From Candidatus Saccharimonadales bacterium (GTDB taxonomy: Bacteria; Patescibacteriota; Saccharimonadia; Saccharimonadales; JACDBH01), in assembly GCA_041752595.1 (NCBI GenBank), contig JBGSWE010000009.1:1-48870 (forward strand): a stretch of 48,870 bases of DNA, read 5' to 3'. The stretch's first letter is position 1. Every line of letters begins with the position of its first letter. The notes under the pieces were generated by a model. It ran no database searches. It worked only from the letters and a program-made list of their open reading frames with translations, and was not told the origin of the DNA. Of this stretch, positions 30,214 to 40,488 are shown piece after piece. Position numbers and translations under genes: made by a program.

Positions 30214-30795
30214 ATGAGAAGAGTACAGCAAACCGAAACAGGTGACAGGGTTAAAACAGCTGTTGCAGAAAATAGTTTAAGTGGTGGGCTAATCACAGTC
30301 GCCGATGCAACTGGTAATGCAGTCAATAATACCTACAAAAGCAAATCAGTCCGATTAGTAGCTTTAGGCGCTCTAATTGCTACTGGCGGAATCGTATCGG
30401 TTGCTGCTGGAGTATGGGACGGTGGTAGGACAGTAGTAAGTGGTACCAGAGCAGGCCTTGAGGATGGTATAGATAGAGTTACGGGCGGAGAAGGCGTGAC
30501 AGTCAATGGCCCTAGTGTGGAGTTAGGTGATGAAACTACTGGTGGACAAACCTTCGGCGTAACACCAGCTGGCGAAGCTGCCGCTCCTGTCGAAGCAAGT
30601 GGATCAGCAATTCCACAAGAAACCCTATCACTAGGTGCTGGTGCAATCATTAGATTCTGTGGTGTTGAACCAAACTATGACCCAGCTGTGCTTCAAAGCC
30701 AGTGGCAACCAATTGCAGAAGCAAACCCAGGTGTATTCAACACAGATGTCAATAATCCAAGTATCGATGCAGGCGACCAAGGCTTCTGCTTGTAG
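30214..30795 (+). CDS. Single-TM protein with degenerate LysM-like C-terminus
   Basis: TM LVALGALIATGGIVSVAAGVW; C-terminal WQPIAEANP......NP.I.AG. Confidence 0.7.
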   Translation: MRRVQQTETGDRVKTAVAENSLSGGLITVADATGNAVNNTYKSKSVRLVALGALIATGGIVSVAAGVWDGGRTVVSGTRAGLEDGIDRVTGGEGVTVNGPSVELGDETTGGQTFGVTPAGEAAAPVEASGSAIPQETLSLGAGAIIRFCGVEPNYDPAVLQSQWQPIAEANPGVFNTDVNNPSIDAGDQGFCL

Positions 30796-30823
30796 TTAAC
30801 AAGAAAATTAGGAGTAAAAAATA

Positions 30824-31621
30824 ATGGGACATTTAGACCCTTTGATTGAGCAACAGTTTCGTGAAGCTGCTCAGAGAATTCAACAACAAGAAGCTGCCGA
30901 AATGGCGACAATGGATGGTGATCCCACAAATGTTCGTTTAGAACTAGAGAGAGATCTAAGTTACTTTTTTGGAACAAATAAGCGCAATGCGCATCCTCAG
31001 GCAGGGGTTTTATTTCCTGCCTGTAACCGGGTAGAGAGCGACTATTTAAACGAAGATTTTTTTCAGTTTTACCCTGATCTTTCGAGTTTAAGGCCGGACG
31101 GTAGTGCTATAGGTAGTGAAAACGCTATAAAAGGCGGTTACAAACAAGTGATATCAGTGCCTTATAACCCACATCCAATTCAGGGTGGCATGAAAGCTTA
31201 CGAGCGAGTCGGATTTCTTTACCAAGGAACAAGATTACTAGCTTACACGCATTTTTTTGACCTTGGCGACGGCGTTGGTCCAATAAGTCGTGACGACCAG
31301 GATACTCTAGACAAAGGAGCAGTTTTTTTGGATGATAAAATTATTGTACTAGTACCCCGCGAAGGTTCAGCACCCCAAGCAGGAGTTTTTGCTAACGGAG
31401 AAGAACTACAAGAATTTCTTACAACCCATCTTTACGACGAATTAGATGAACTTACCAGGAAGCCTCACAAAGAAACTACACCAGCGAATCCAGACTACGC
31501 TTCACGTAATGAAAAGTTAGCTCAAAGTGCCAAGACAATAGGTAAATTGCCAGTAGTTTTTGCCTTTAGTGTGTTTGGTAGAAATGATAAAGCTAATTCA
31601 TTTGGGCGTGGTAGGAAATAA
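30824..31621 (+). CDS. Hypothetical cytoplasmic protein (265 aa)
   Basis: AGGAG RBS; no TM or motif recognised. Confidence 0.75.
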   Translation: MGHLDPLIEQQFREAAQRIQQQEAAEMATMDGDPTNVRLELERDLSYFFGTNKRNAHPQAGVLFPACNRVESDYLNEDFFQFYPDLSSLRPDGSAIGSENAIKGGYKQVISVPYNPHPIQGGMKAYERVGFLYQGTRLLAYTHFFDLGDGVGPISRDDQDTLDKGAVFLDDKIIVLVPREGSAPQAGVFANGEELQEFLTTHLYDELDELTRKPHKETTPANPDYASRNEKLAQSAKTIGKLPVVFAFSVFGRNDKANSFGRGRK

Positions 31622-31631
31622 GTAACTTGAT

Positions 31632-32963
31632 ATGAGTCATAGAGAGCACTTACATATTTCTTTAGATCATATAGATTTATTGCGTCGTGGTGATCTAAAC
31701 GCTGCCTGGGAAGCAGTAAACGGAGTGTTCGAAGAGGCTAACGCAGGACTCAACATCTACGAGGTTCCCATGGCATATGCTTTAGTTGATAGCCTAAGAG
31801 ATTCGCAAGGTTTTAATGGTGAGCCAATAGAAGGCATTGGTTTACTGGCTCTTAGAACATATCCAGAAAATTCCAAGCATAAAATTCCAAAAGTATTTGG
31901 CGCAACAGAAGAATTAATTGAGGGTCTAGATGCATCTGGTGAGCGTGTCGTTATGGTTAGAAATAAAAAAGGAGAACTATGGCGTACTCTTCATGTGCTT
32001 AACGCTCGTGGTTTCGATGCGTTGAGTCAGCAGGCCGGTTCAAGCGATTTAATAATTGAGGGCACAAAGTTATCCGAATCAGAAAGCACAATGCTTGAAC
32101 TTTGGGCAAGAAGACAACTAAAAGACGGTAGTGGGTTTTTGCCCGACGCTATTGTAGTAGATGATTTAGGTATAGTTCCACATACTCGCTGGTTACTTAG
32201 ACTATTAACCGAACAGCACACAACATCACTAGAAATGAAAGAGCGTTTGCGCGATTGTGATATTAAAGTAGCTGCAACAGCTGAACAGCCCAAGAGATTG
32301 TTCAATGAAAAACTCGAAGGTTTTATAGACCGTGAAACAACTCGGCTAAGAGTGAATGGTGGAGCCTATACTGTTGACCGGGCTGGTTTTGATACTTTTA
32401 CTGACAACTTAGAAAGAGTGTATCGACACATCGGGAATTACAGTAGTGAAAGTCCAGTGTTAATGAGTTTATCGCAAGACCAATCAATTGCAGCAATTAC
32501 TGGTGTTTTCAGGCTTCGTCTATATGAAATTGGTAAAGAGCTTGCCGAAGCTAAAAGTTTAGGATCTGGCGATCTCCCGGTATTGCTTGAAAGGATAAAA
32601 CAACACGACGAAGAGTCAGTACAAAAACTAAGAGCCTACATTTTTACAAATAAAGATGCCCAGGAATCAACCCACGAGAACAATGCAGTACTTGTTCCTT
32701 CTGATTTTATAGACACATTATGGGAAACAATGGACAGTAGATTTGGCGATAATGTAGTGCTAGCAAGTCATAAGAATGATTTTGATAATCCATATGCAGT
32801 TATATGGTACGGCGAAAGATATTTATTAACATTTGTACCTTCAACTATCGCAGAGCACACATGGCTACACATTGATAGTTTGCCAGCTACAGAAGTAAGT
32901 GATGATGATATAGCTGAATTTAGGGAAGTAATAGGGAAACAGCTCGGTAAAGATAGTGAATAA
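31632..32963 (+). CDS. Hypothetical cytoplasmic protein (443 aa)
   Basis: Long ORF 10 nt after the upstream stop; no motif recognised. Confidence 0.78.
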   Translation: MSHREHLHISLDHIDLLRRGDLNAAWEAVNGVFEEANAGLNIYEVPMAYALVDSLRDSQGFNGEPIEGIGLLALRTYPENSKHKIPKVFGATEELIEGLDASGERVVMVRNKKGELWRTLHVLNARGFDALSQQAGSSDLIIEGTKLSESESTMLELWARRQLKDGSGFLPDAIVVDDLGIVPHTRWLLRLLTEQHTTSLEMKERLRDCDIKVAATAEQPKRLFNEKLEGFIDRETTRLRVNGGAYTVDRAGFDTFTDNLERVYRHIGNYSSESPVLMSLSQDQSIAAITGVFRLRLYEIGKELAEAKSLGSGDLPVLLERIKQHDEESVQKLRAYIFTNKDAQESTHENNAVLVPSDFIDTLWETMDSRFGDNVVLASHKNDFDNPYAVIWYGERYLLTFVPSTIAEHTWLHIDSLPATEVSDDDIAEFREVIGKQLGKDSE

Positions 32964-33019
32964 ATTTATTTTACATTTTGACAACTTAGTATTATTATAG
33001 AACAAATTGAGGAGTGAAT

Positions 33020-35014
33020 ATGAGTGATAATTTTGGCATGGTGCCACCAGCAAGTGGACCAGAATCAATTAAACAGATTTGGGATGACGAACTAGATAGT
33101 ACCCAAAGATACGAACCAATAGTTATTGAGGTTGAGCCACCAAAACCGCAGGCCGAACAAGTTCGCTTAAGTCCATACGCGGGAATGACTCGTATACCGG
33201 AGTCTATTAGAGGCTTTGTGCCTGAAGAATATGTAATTACTATAAACGGCATTGAATTGGTTGACGATATGTTAGTTGGTGTATTAGAAGAAGCCGAACA
33301 AGAGCGTGAACTATTTGAGCGTGATTATGCTCCAGAGGATGTAAGCAATGCCGACAAAGAGTTGTTATTTTATCTTGGTGATGAAGTTTGGCAGGATGAT
33401 AATAATTCCTGGGTAAATTATGCTAGTAGAAAAGCTGTTCGCGAAGCCAAAGAGCGTCTTGAGCGAGATCGAGAAACTTTGCTAACAGCAGAAAATGACC
33501 ATGAGTCACACATTGCATCCAAGCGGCTTGAGGCTGAAGGTACGGTCCTTGATATGTTGGATAGATTTGGAAACTTCAGTCTTATTAAAGAACTGCTTGA
33601 CGATCCAATATATCAGCATCCAGCTGCAGAAATACTGAACTCAGCATACCGTGGAGCTTTGGCGATCTGTCTAGAGACTGCGATTAGTGGTAACGATGAA
33701 GAAGCATCCGGCAGGTTGGTTCAAAAATTTGTTTTAGATAATCTTGAACTTATTGACCGTACTCGTCAAGACGATAAACAAACTCTTCAGTTGAGTGGTT
33801 TTGATCCGGAAGAATTTTATATTGATAAGACAGATGAACAGATGAGACTACACCGTAATGTTGTTGGTTACTATGTTCATTTTTTGCTTACGCATGCACA
33901 GCGTAAATTTTCAATTGATGAATTTGAACAACTCAGAGCCGCTGCCGAAACACCTGATTTATCAGCCAGGCAAAATGGAATTTTTGCACGTTTGCACCGC
34001 AAGATAGTAGAAAAATCCGGTGTAGAAGTAGTAGTAGAACAAACACCAGCCGAGGTTCTACAGTCTAAACTGGATAAAATAATGAACACTCAGTCACATC
34101 AAGATGAGGCGATGGCACGCGCAAACCAAAGGTTGCAAGATCTTTTAAGCGAAAAATCAGCACTGCTTTCAAGTGAAGGTATGACAACACCGATTGATAT
34201 TAATAATCCAGAGAACAACCCACTTCTATGGGTCACAGACAAAGTGCAAGCATACAATAACTTGATGGATTTTTCTGAAGTTACACAAAATTTCAGAGGA
34301 TTTGATGTAGCTGGCGACGGAGTTACCATAAATGGAAATCTGTTAAAAGGCTTTGCAGATATGGTACGAACTGATGATATTGATCGCTTAAGTGCTAGAA
34401 TGGGCGACACAAAAGGTCCGATTGGTCGTAAAATGATTAAAATCGATAAATCTCAAGCATCTAGTGAGTTGGTAAGATTTGAAGACGGTGCAGAGCTTGA
34501 TCTTGGACAATACAGCCAAAGCGAAGAAGAGGCTGTTGCATATGTCGGGATAGTTAGACGCAATCAAGGTGATAGACCATTGAACGGTGCTTTTCTTGTA
34601 GAAGCTTGGCCACACGCCTACAAACCAATTTTTAGCCAAGGACCAGAAGACCCAGACAAAGCAGTTAGACTAATAACCTATCATTTGACCGATGCTATGG
34701 CTGCACTAGTTAGTGCTGACTATATATCATTCTATGCACCTGGTGGTAGGGCTGCACATGGTAATCTAGATGCAAAAATGTTTGATGATCTGTACAGATA
34801 TACGCAACGTGGTATTAAGCCTGGTGTTGATACCTTTAGAGAAGGTATCAGTAAGAGTCGTGATGAAAGCGTACGTGCGTATGTAATACCTAAGTTTGTG
34901 ACTCCTGCCGGTGAATTACCCGTGCCCCATCATAATAGAGGTCAAATAAATCAAACAACTGGTTCACAAGAAATACCCCGCACTCCTAATACAACTGATT
35001 TTTTAGATATCTAA
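33020..35014 (+). CDS. Hypothetical acidic protein (664 aa)
   Basis: GAGGAG RBS before ATG 33020; TTTACA-17-TATTAT promoter-like element upstream. Confidence 0.8.
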   Translation: MSDNFGMVPPASGPESIKQIWDDELDSTQRYEPIVIEVEPPKPQAEQVRLSPYAGMTRIPESIRGFVPEEYVITINGIELVDDMLVGVLEEAEQERELFERDYAPEDVSNADKELLFYLGDEVWQDDNNSWVNYASRKAVREAKERLERDRETLLTAENDHESHIASKRLEAEGTVLDMLDRFGNFSLIKELLDDPIYQHPAAEILNSAYRGALAICLETAISGNDEEASGRLVQKFVLDNLELIDRTRQDDKQTLQLSGFDPEEFYIDKTDEQMRLHRNVVGYYVHFLLTHAQRKFSIDEFEQLRAAAETPDLSARQNGIFARLHRKIVEKSGVEVVVEQTPAEVLQSKLDKIMNTQSHQDEAMARANQRLQDLLSEKSALLSSEGMTTPIDINNPENNPLLWVTDKVQAYNNLMDFSEVTQNFRGFDVAGDGVTINGNLLKGFADMVRTDDIDRLSARMGDTKGPIGRKMIKIDKSQASSELVRFEDGAELDLGQYSQSEEEAVAYVGIVRRNQGDRPLNGAFLVEAWPHAYKPIFSQGPEDPDKAVRLITYHLTDAMAALVSADYISFYAPGGRAAHGNLDAKMFDDLYRYTQRGIKPGVDTFREGISKSRDESVRAYVIPKFVTPAGELPVPHHNRGQINQTTGSQEIPRTPNTTDFLDI

Positions 35015-35031
35015 ACCACCAAATACTGTAA

Positions 35032-37026
35032 TCAACTTTGGGCGAGGCGTGCTTGATTGGCTTGTTCAATACTACACCAAGACCCAATTAGTGGGGCTAT
35101 AGCAGCCGCAGTAACTTTTGCTGGCCTATTTCCACCATCAGATTCACTACCGAGTGATGTTAGGCTTCCTGGCTGGCGTTCGATAACGAAAATTGTCTTG
35201 TTTCTACCATTTTCATCACAAAAAACTGCACTATTAGCGGCAGAAACATTGTTAGCAGCAGTACCCGTTTTGTCGGCTATCTCTGTGCTTCCTGCTATTC
35301 CTGCAAAAGCATTTGCTGCTGTTCCCGATTCAATCACGCCAGTCATCATTGCTGTAAGTTGTACGGTGAGTTCTGGTGGATCAATTTGTTCAAAAACAGG
35401 CGCAACGTATTCTGATACTTGACCATTATCCAGCTGAAAACTATTTACAAAGCGCATATCGCTATCTTGTCCCTGACGAGCTACGGTTTTCTGAACGGCC
35501 ATGGCGCGTTCCTCTGGTGTAATTTCTTGTCCTCCAAGAATAATGGCAGGGCCAACCAATCCACCAGGTTCCATGTCCAGTGTTTCCATTCTACTGAGTG
35601 TGGTGGATAGGATAGGGTCACCAGCTTCTTCAAGCCGTTTTACTTCACCTACAAATGCACCATTCACAGACTTTTCTAAAGATATCTCTAGAGTACAGAT
35701 TCTGTTTGGGCAATGATTAGTCTCAGTAACGCTATAGTTGCGTCCGTTACCATCATAATTTAGCCACTCCACGCTGTCTGGATCGGGCATTGGGGACTGG
35801 CTAGTGTAGCCTCGCTCTAAAAGTTCCATAACAAAATGAATTTTATCAAGCGAACCACCAATGACCGGTGACTCAAGTAAGTTTACGTTTGGACCATTTT
35901 TTTCGTATAAACCAGGAATATATCCTGTTACAGCGCCACTATCGTCAATGAACATAGTCCCATATTGGCGTCCGTCGGCTGGCAAAGGAACACTTTTGAT
36001 TGCATTTTGAAGCGCTGTTTGATCTTTCTTTAGTATTGTCGAACGAATGCGTACATTACTAGCCATTAATTCGTCATAGCTCATGCCGCTGGCTTTTATG
36101 ACCTGCTCGATAATTTCATCCACCACCGCTCGTGCATTTATACTATCTGCTTCTGCATAATTACTACCAACTCTAGATTGTGGGGAGTATGGTAATCTTG
36201 TGAGCGGACGCATTTTGTATTCATCTGCTTGTGCTTGAGTAAGCCTACCTAACTCAACTTGATTCTGTAGTACTTCATTACGTCTTATAATTCCATTATC
36301 ACGCGCAATCTGGTCTTCATTAGCATTTTCTTTTGGCGCATATTTTTCTGGATTTTGCAGTGCACCAACCAAGAAAGAAGCTTCATCAATTTCTAACTGG
36401 CTGGGGTCCTTGCCAAAATACATCATACTAGCTTCATATATGCCGTATGAACCATTGCCCCAATACATAGAGTTAAGATAGAGTTTTACAATTTCAGTAT
36501 CTGCAAAGGCATCGTCTAGTGTCGGAGCTATCTCAAAAGACTCCCAAAACTTTCGAGAAATAAGGTTATCGGGTACATCACCAATGTAATATATGCGACT
36601 TAACTGTTCTCTGATACCAGAGCCACCCCTTGGATTGCCCCTTAATGTATCGACGGCTGCTTTGAGGAGACCCATAACATTTGGTCCATTGACCTCACAA
36701 TATTCGCGGTCTTCAGTACTAAAAAGCGCCCAAATTAGATCTGGATCAACTTGCGAGGATAATTCTTCCTTCACCATAACGCCTTCTGTGCAAACTGCAG
36801 GAATTGTATCAACTGGTGTAGAGTTGCCGCTACGTATTTGCGCAAGTGGAGTAGTACATTCAGGATCGTCGTCATAACAGACAGTGATACTGCCTAGAGG
36901 TGTAGCCTCAGGGCTAGGCTGGGGCAATTCTGTCGAACAGCTTGCAAGCACACTGGTGCCCAAAAAGGCTCCAACTCCAAGCACTCTCATAAGACGATTG
37001 CTTTCTGCAACAACACCCTGTTCCAT
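35032..37026 (-). CDS. Divergent class A penicillin-binding protein (GT51 + transpeptidase) with lipobox
   Basis: VLASC lipobox; GT motifs TEDREY, GGSGIREQL, RKFWE, YLN..YWGNGSYGI..AS..YFGK; TP motifs SLDK, SVN, KTGT. Confidence 0.88.
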   Translation of the reverse strand: MEQGVVAESNRLMRVLGVGAFLGTSVLASCSTELPQPSPEATPLGSITVCYDDDPECTTPLAQIRSGNSTPVDTIPAVCTEGVMVKEELSSQVDPDLIWALFSTEDREYCEVNGPNVMGLLKAAVDTLRGNPRGGSGIREQLSRIYYIGDVPDNLISRKFWESFEIAPTLDDAFADTEIVKLYLNSMYWGNGSYGIYEASMMYFGKDPSQLEIDEASFLVGALQNPEKYAPKENANEDQIARDNGIIRRNEVLQNQVELGRLTQAQADEYKMRPLTRLPYSPQSRVGSNYAEADSINARAVVDEIIEQVIKASGMSYDELMASNVRIRSTILKKDQTALQNAIKSVPLPADGRQYGTMFIDDSGAVTGYIPGLYEKNGPNVNLLESPVIGGSLDKIHFVMELLERGYTSQSPMPDPDSVEWLNYDGNGRNYSVTETNHCPNRICTLEISLEKSVNGAFVGEVKRLEEAGDPILSTTLSRMETLDMEPGGLVGPAIILGGQEITPEERAMAVQKTVARQGQDSDMRFVNSFQLDNGQVSEYVAPVFEQIDPPELTVQLTAMMTGVIESGTAANAFAGIAGSTEIADKTGTAANNVSAANSAVFCDENGRNKTIFVIERQPGSLTSLGSESDGGNRPAKVTAAAIAPLIGSWCSIEQANQARLAQS

Positions 37027-37124
37027 GCATATACTAAACCACAATATTAGTGTAATTTGCAAATTATAGTAGTCAGGTTGCATGTAAACGGACATAACAG
37101 ATAAAATTAGGTACAATAACTACT

Positions 37125-38633
37125 ATGATTTCAGATAATTTGACCAAGAAACTTGCCCAGCTCCCCAAAGAGCCAGGAGTTTATTTTCATAAGAACAATA
37201 AGGGTGAAATTATTTATGTCGGAAAAGCTGCGGTTCTTAAAAACCGCGTCAGGCAATACTTTCAGGCATCACGTAATCGTGACCCTAAGACCGAAGCTCT
37301 AGTTGCTGAAATAACAGATGTGGATTGGATTACTGTCGAAAGCGAAATAGATGCCTTATTCTTAGAAGCCGAAATGATTCGTAGGTATATGCCGCGCTAT
37401 AATATTTTACTTCGTGATGACAAATCCAATACTTATGTGAGGATAGACATAAAGAGCAACTATCCCAGTGTTACCTATACCAGAAATCCAATGGACGACG
37501 ACGCGCTGTATATAGGGCCATATATATCAGCCGTTAGTGTTAAGCGCGCGCTTAAATATTTACGAAAGATATTTCCTTATTCAATCCACAGCGTATTACC
37601 AAATAGGGCATGTTTACAATTTCATTTAGGTTTGTGTCCGGGTCCTGAAACTGGTAATCTTGATTCGCAGAAATATAAAACTGATCTCAAGAAACTGATT
37701 ATGTATCTTAGGGGTGACCGGATAAGACTTATGAATCAGCTAGAAAAAGAAATGCTGGACTATTCAAAGAAGAAAGATTTTGAACACGCTGCAACTTTAC
37801 GAAATGAACTTATCGCACTTAAAAACTTAAACCGACAAATAATATTTAGCGATACTGAATTTATGGACCTAAGCCGTGATCATGCACTTAATGATTTAAG
37901 CGAGTTGCTAAGTCTAGAAAAAATTCCTAGACGAATAGAGGGCTATGATATTTCACATATGTCTGGTACAGATACGGTTGCAAGCATGGTTGTATTTACG
38001 AATGGAGTTTCAGATAAAGGTTCTTACCGTAAGTTTAAAATGCGTATTCCCGGTAACGATGACTTTGCCCATATGCATGAAGTGCTTGAACGTCGACTTA
38101 GTGAGAAACATGCAAAAGATTGGCCAAAACCTAATCTATTTCTGATAGATGGGGGTAAGGGTCAGTTAAGTAGTGCGTTAGACGTATTATCCTCGCATAA
38201 TGTTTTTATTCCTGCAATTGGACTAGCAAAGCAGTTCGAAGAAATAATTATCAAAAAAGATTGGCCGTATTTGCAACTTAATCGCAGTAAATTAGAAGAA
38301 TTAAACGGTACTGCATTAGAAAATGATGAATTTATATCTCTTAGGCTACCTCATTCATCTCATATTATTAAACTATTACAGAGAATACGTGATGAATCGC
38401 ACAGATTTGCTGTAAGTTATCACACGGTCCTTAAAACAAAACGACAAGTAAGTAGTGCCTTAGACGATATCCCTACAATCGGGCCTGAAACACGCAAAAA
38501 GCTATTAAAAACTTTCGGTAGCTATAAAGGCATCGAGCAAGCTAGAGATTTTGAACTTATAAAGGTGGTGGGTGAAAAGAAGGCTACGATATTACGTCAA
38601 TATATGAGACCTTATCGCAAAAATGAGTTATGA
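37125..38633 (+). CDS. uvrC: Excinuclease ABC subunit C
   Basis: GIY-YIG (PGVY..IIYVGKA), RIEGYDISH, LIDGGKGQ, RIRDESHRFA, HhH. Confidence 0.97.
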   Translation: MISDNLTKKLAQLPKEPGVYFHKNNKGEIIYVGKAAVLKNRVRQYFQASRNRDPKTEALVAEITDVDWITVESEIDALFLEAEMIRRYMPRYNILLRDDKSNTYVRIDIKSNYPSVTYTRNPMDDDALYIGPYISAVSVKRALKYLRKIFPYSIHSVLPNRACLQFHLGLCPGPETGNLDSQKYKTDLKKLIMYLRGDRIRLMNQLEKEMLDYSKKKDFEHAATLRNELIALKNLNRQIIFSDTEFMDLSRDHALNDLSELLSLEKIPRRIEGYDISHMSGTDTVASMVVFTNGVSDKGSYRKFKMRIPGNDDFAHMHEVLERRLSEKHAKDWPKPNLFLIDGGKGQLSSALDVLSSHNVFIPAIGLAKQFEEIIIKKDWPYLQLNRSKLEELNGTALENDEFISLRLPHSSHIIKLLQRIRDESHRFAVSYHTVLKTKRQVSSALDDIPTIGPETRKKLLKTFGSYKGIEQARDFELIKVVGEKKATILRQYMRPYRKNEL

Positions 38634-38645
38634 TGTTTTAATCTT

Positions 38646-39869
38646 ATGACAGAACCATTTACTAAAGAATTTTTTTTAAACAATCGACAAAGATTACAAG
38701 AGGCTACCGGTGCTAGTATTATAGTAATAGCAGCAAATGGATTGCTTCAACGCAGTGCAGATACAACGTTTCTATTTAGACAGGATAGTAATTTTTGGTA
38801 TCTTACTGGAATTAATGAACCAGATTTTACTCTAGTTATTACACCAGATAATACTTTTTTAATTTCTCCAAAAAGAGCAGAGCATCGTGATTTATGGGAC
38901 GGAAAAATTGATAATAATAAATTAAAACAACTTTCGGCAATTGATAAAATAATTGATTATCACGAAGGCTGGATTTTACTAGACAAACTACTTAAAAAAT
39001 ATAAAAAAGTTCACACAATTGCTCCTGCCGAAGCCTATATTGAAACATTTGGTTTTTATGCCAATCCTTCAAGAGGTAATCTTTTAAATGCGCTCAAAAA
39101 GCACAGAAATCTCGATATAGTAGATATAAGAAAACCATTAGCTAGATTACGCCAGATAAAGCAAACACAAGAAATCGAAGCAATTCAAAAGGCGATAGAT
39201 ATCACCGTACAATCCCTGACAGTTGTTAAAAAACGGCTTAGTAAGTATAAGAATGAGCTAGAAATATCAGCCGACATAAGCAAAGAGTTTTTGCTTAAAG
39301 GTGCTGATGGTCACGCCTACCAACCAATCATAGCTTCAGGCATAAATGCTACAACAATACATTATATTGATAATAATTCGGCAATAAACACAGGAGATTT
39401 ACTACTATTAGATGTTGGAGCAGAAGTTTCTAATTATAGCGCCGACATTACAAGAACTTTTGCAATAAAAGAACCTACGAAGAGGCAGATTCTAGTATAT
39501 GGGGCAGTATGTAGGGTTCACGCTAAAGCATTAGAAATGCTAAAACCTGGGGTAAAAATGCGCGAATTTGAATCACAACTAGATAAAGTAATGGCAAAAG
39601 AGCTAAAAAAACTTGGTTTAATTGACGACATTAAAGATAAGAAAAAACTCAAAAAATATTACCCTCATCTTACTTCTCATTTTTTAGGATTAGACACACA
39701 TGATGCTGCAGACTATGATATGCCACTAAGTGCAGGCATGGTTTTGACGGTTGAGCCGGGAATATACATTCCCGCTGATAGTATTGGAATCAGAATAGAA
39801 GATGATGTTCTAATAACAGAAAATGGCAATAAAGTCCTTAGCTCGTCCTTGCCCCACAGTCTTACCTAA
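38646..39869 (+). CDS. pepP: Xaa-Pro aminopeptidase (M24B)
   Basis: FRQDSNFWYLTG, DVGAE, ADITRTF, HFLGLDTHD, TVEPGIY, GIRIEDD. Confidence 0.93.
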   Translation: MTEPFTKEFFLNNRQRLQEATGASIIVIAANGLLQRSADTTFLFRQDSNFWYLTGINEPDFTLVITPDNTFLISPKRAEHRDLWDGKIDNNKLKQLSAIDKIIDYHEGWILLDKLLKKYKKVHTIAPAEAYIETFGFYANPSRGNLLNALKKHRNLDIVDIRKPLARLRQIKQTQEIEAIQKAIDITVQSLTVVKKRLSKYKNELEISADISKEFLLKGADGHAYQPIIASGINATTIHYIDNNSAINTGDLLLLDVGAEVSNYSADITRTFAIKEPTKRQILVYGAVCRVHAKALEMLKPGVKMREFESQLDKVMAKELKKLGLIDDIKDKKKLKKYYPHLTSHFLGLDTHDAADYDMPLSAGMVLTVEPGIYIPADSIGIRIEDDVLITENGNKVLSSSLPHSLT

Positions 39870-39885
39870 ACTACAATATAAGTAA

Positions 39886-40248
39886 ATGAAAAGTCCGTTT
39901 AACAGGTTTTTACTTAGGTGGTTTGTTTGTTCGTTAGGCCTGTGGATTGCAGCAGGATTCTTAAACGAAAGTATAGGTTACAATGATCAGCCAGTAATAA
40001 TTATTATTGCCGGCTTTATACTCGCTGCGATTAACACTGTTATAAAGCCTTTAGTTATTTTGCTGAGCTTACCAGTCATATTATTTAGCCTTGGACTCTT
40101 TATGATAGTCATTAATGGTTTCATGGTTTTACTGGTTAGTTACATATATAAACCACTCGAAGTATCAAGTTTTGGCGCAGCAATGCTTGTGGGTGTTATA
40201 ATAGGAATAGTAAATATATTAGTGACGGCAATAGTTGAGGAAGTATGA
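39886..40248 (+). CDS. Phage-holin-family (YvlD-like) 4-TM membrane protein
   Basis: NTVIKPLVILLSLP..LFSLGLF..VING. Confidence 0.88.
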   Translation: MKSPFNRFLLRWFVCSLGLWIAAGFLNESIGYNDQPVIIIIAGFILAAINTVIKPLVILLSLPVILFSLGLFMIVINGFMVLLVSYIYKPLEVSSFGAAMLVGVIIGIVNILVTAIVEEV

Positions 40249-40460
40249 CAATAGCAAACTACATTACAATCATTTCAGCAGTTATATTAACTGTATTAAT
40301 TTTGATGCAAACTCGTGGCGCATCACTAGGTGCAGGCTTAGGGGGTGGTGGGGAAGTTAATACAGTCAGAAGAGGCTCAGAAAAATCTCTACACAATATT
40401 ACGATATTTTTTGTAGTTGTTTTCTCGGTTTCCTTGCTCGCAAACATTATTCAACTTTAA
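40245..40460 (+). CDS. secG: Preprotein translocase subunit SecG
   Basis: LILMQTRGASLGAGLGG...RRGSEK.L..IT; two TM. Confidence 0.92.
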   Translation: MTIANYITIISAVILTVLILMQTRGASLGAGLGGGGEVNTVRRGSEKSLHNITIFFVVVFSVSLLANIIQL

Positions 40461-40488
40461 GTAAAAATAGTGAATATTTTATTACTAA

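Noticed and set aside
36935..37116. Long N-terminal extension of the PBP from 37116 (likewise dedA 19651, ruvX 7340, protease 45192)
   Set aside because: The extensions run into neighbouring genes, promoters or RBS regions; internal ATGs give better starts.
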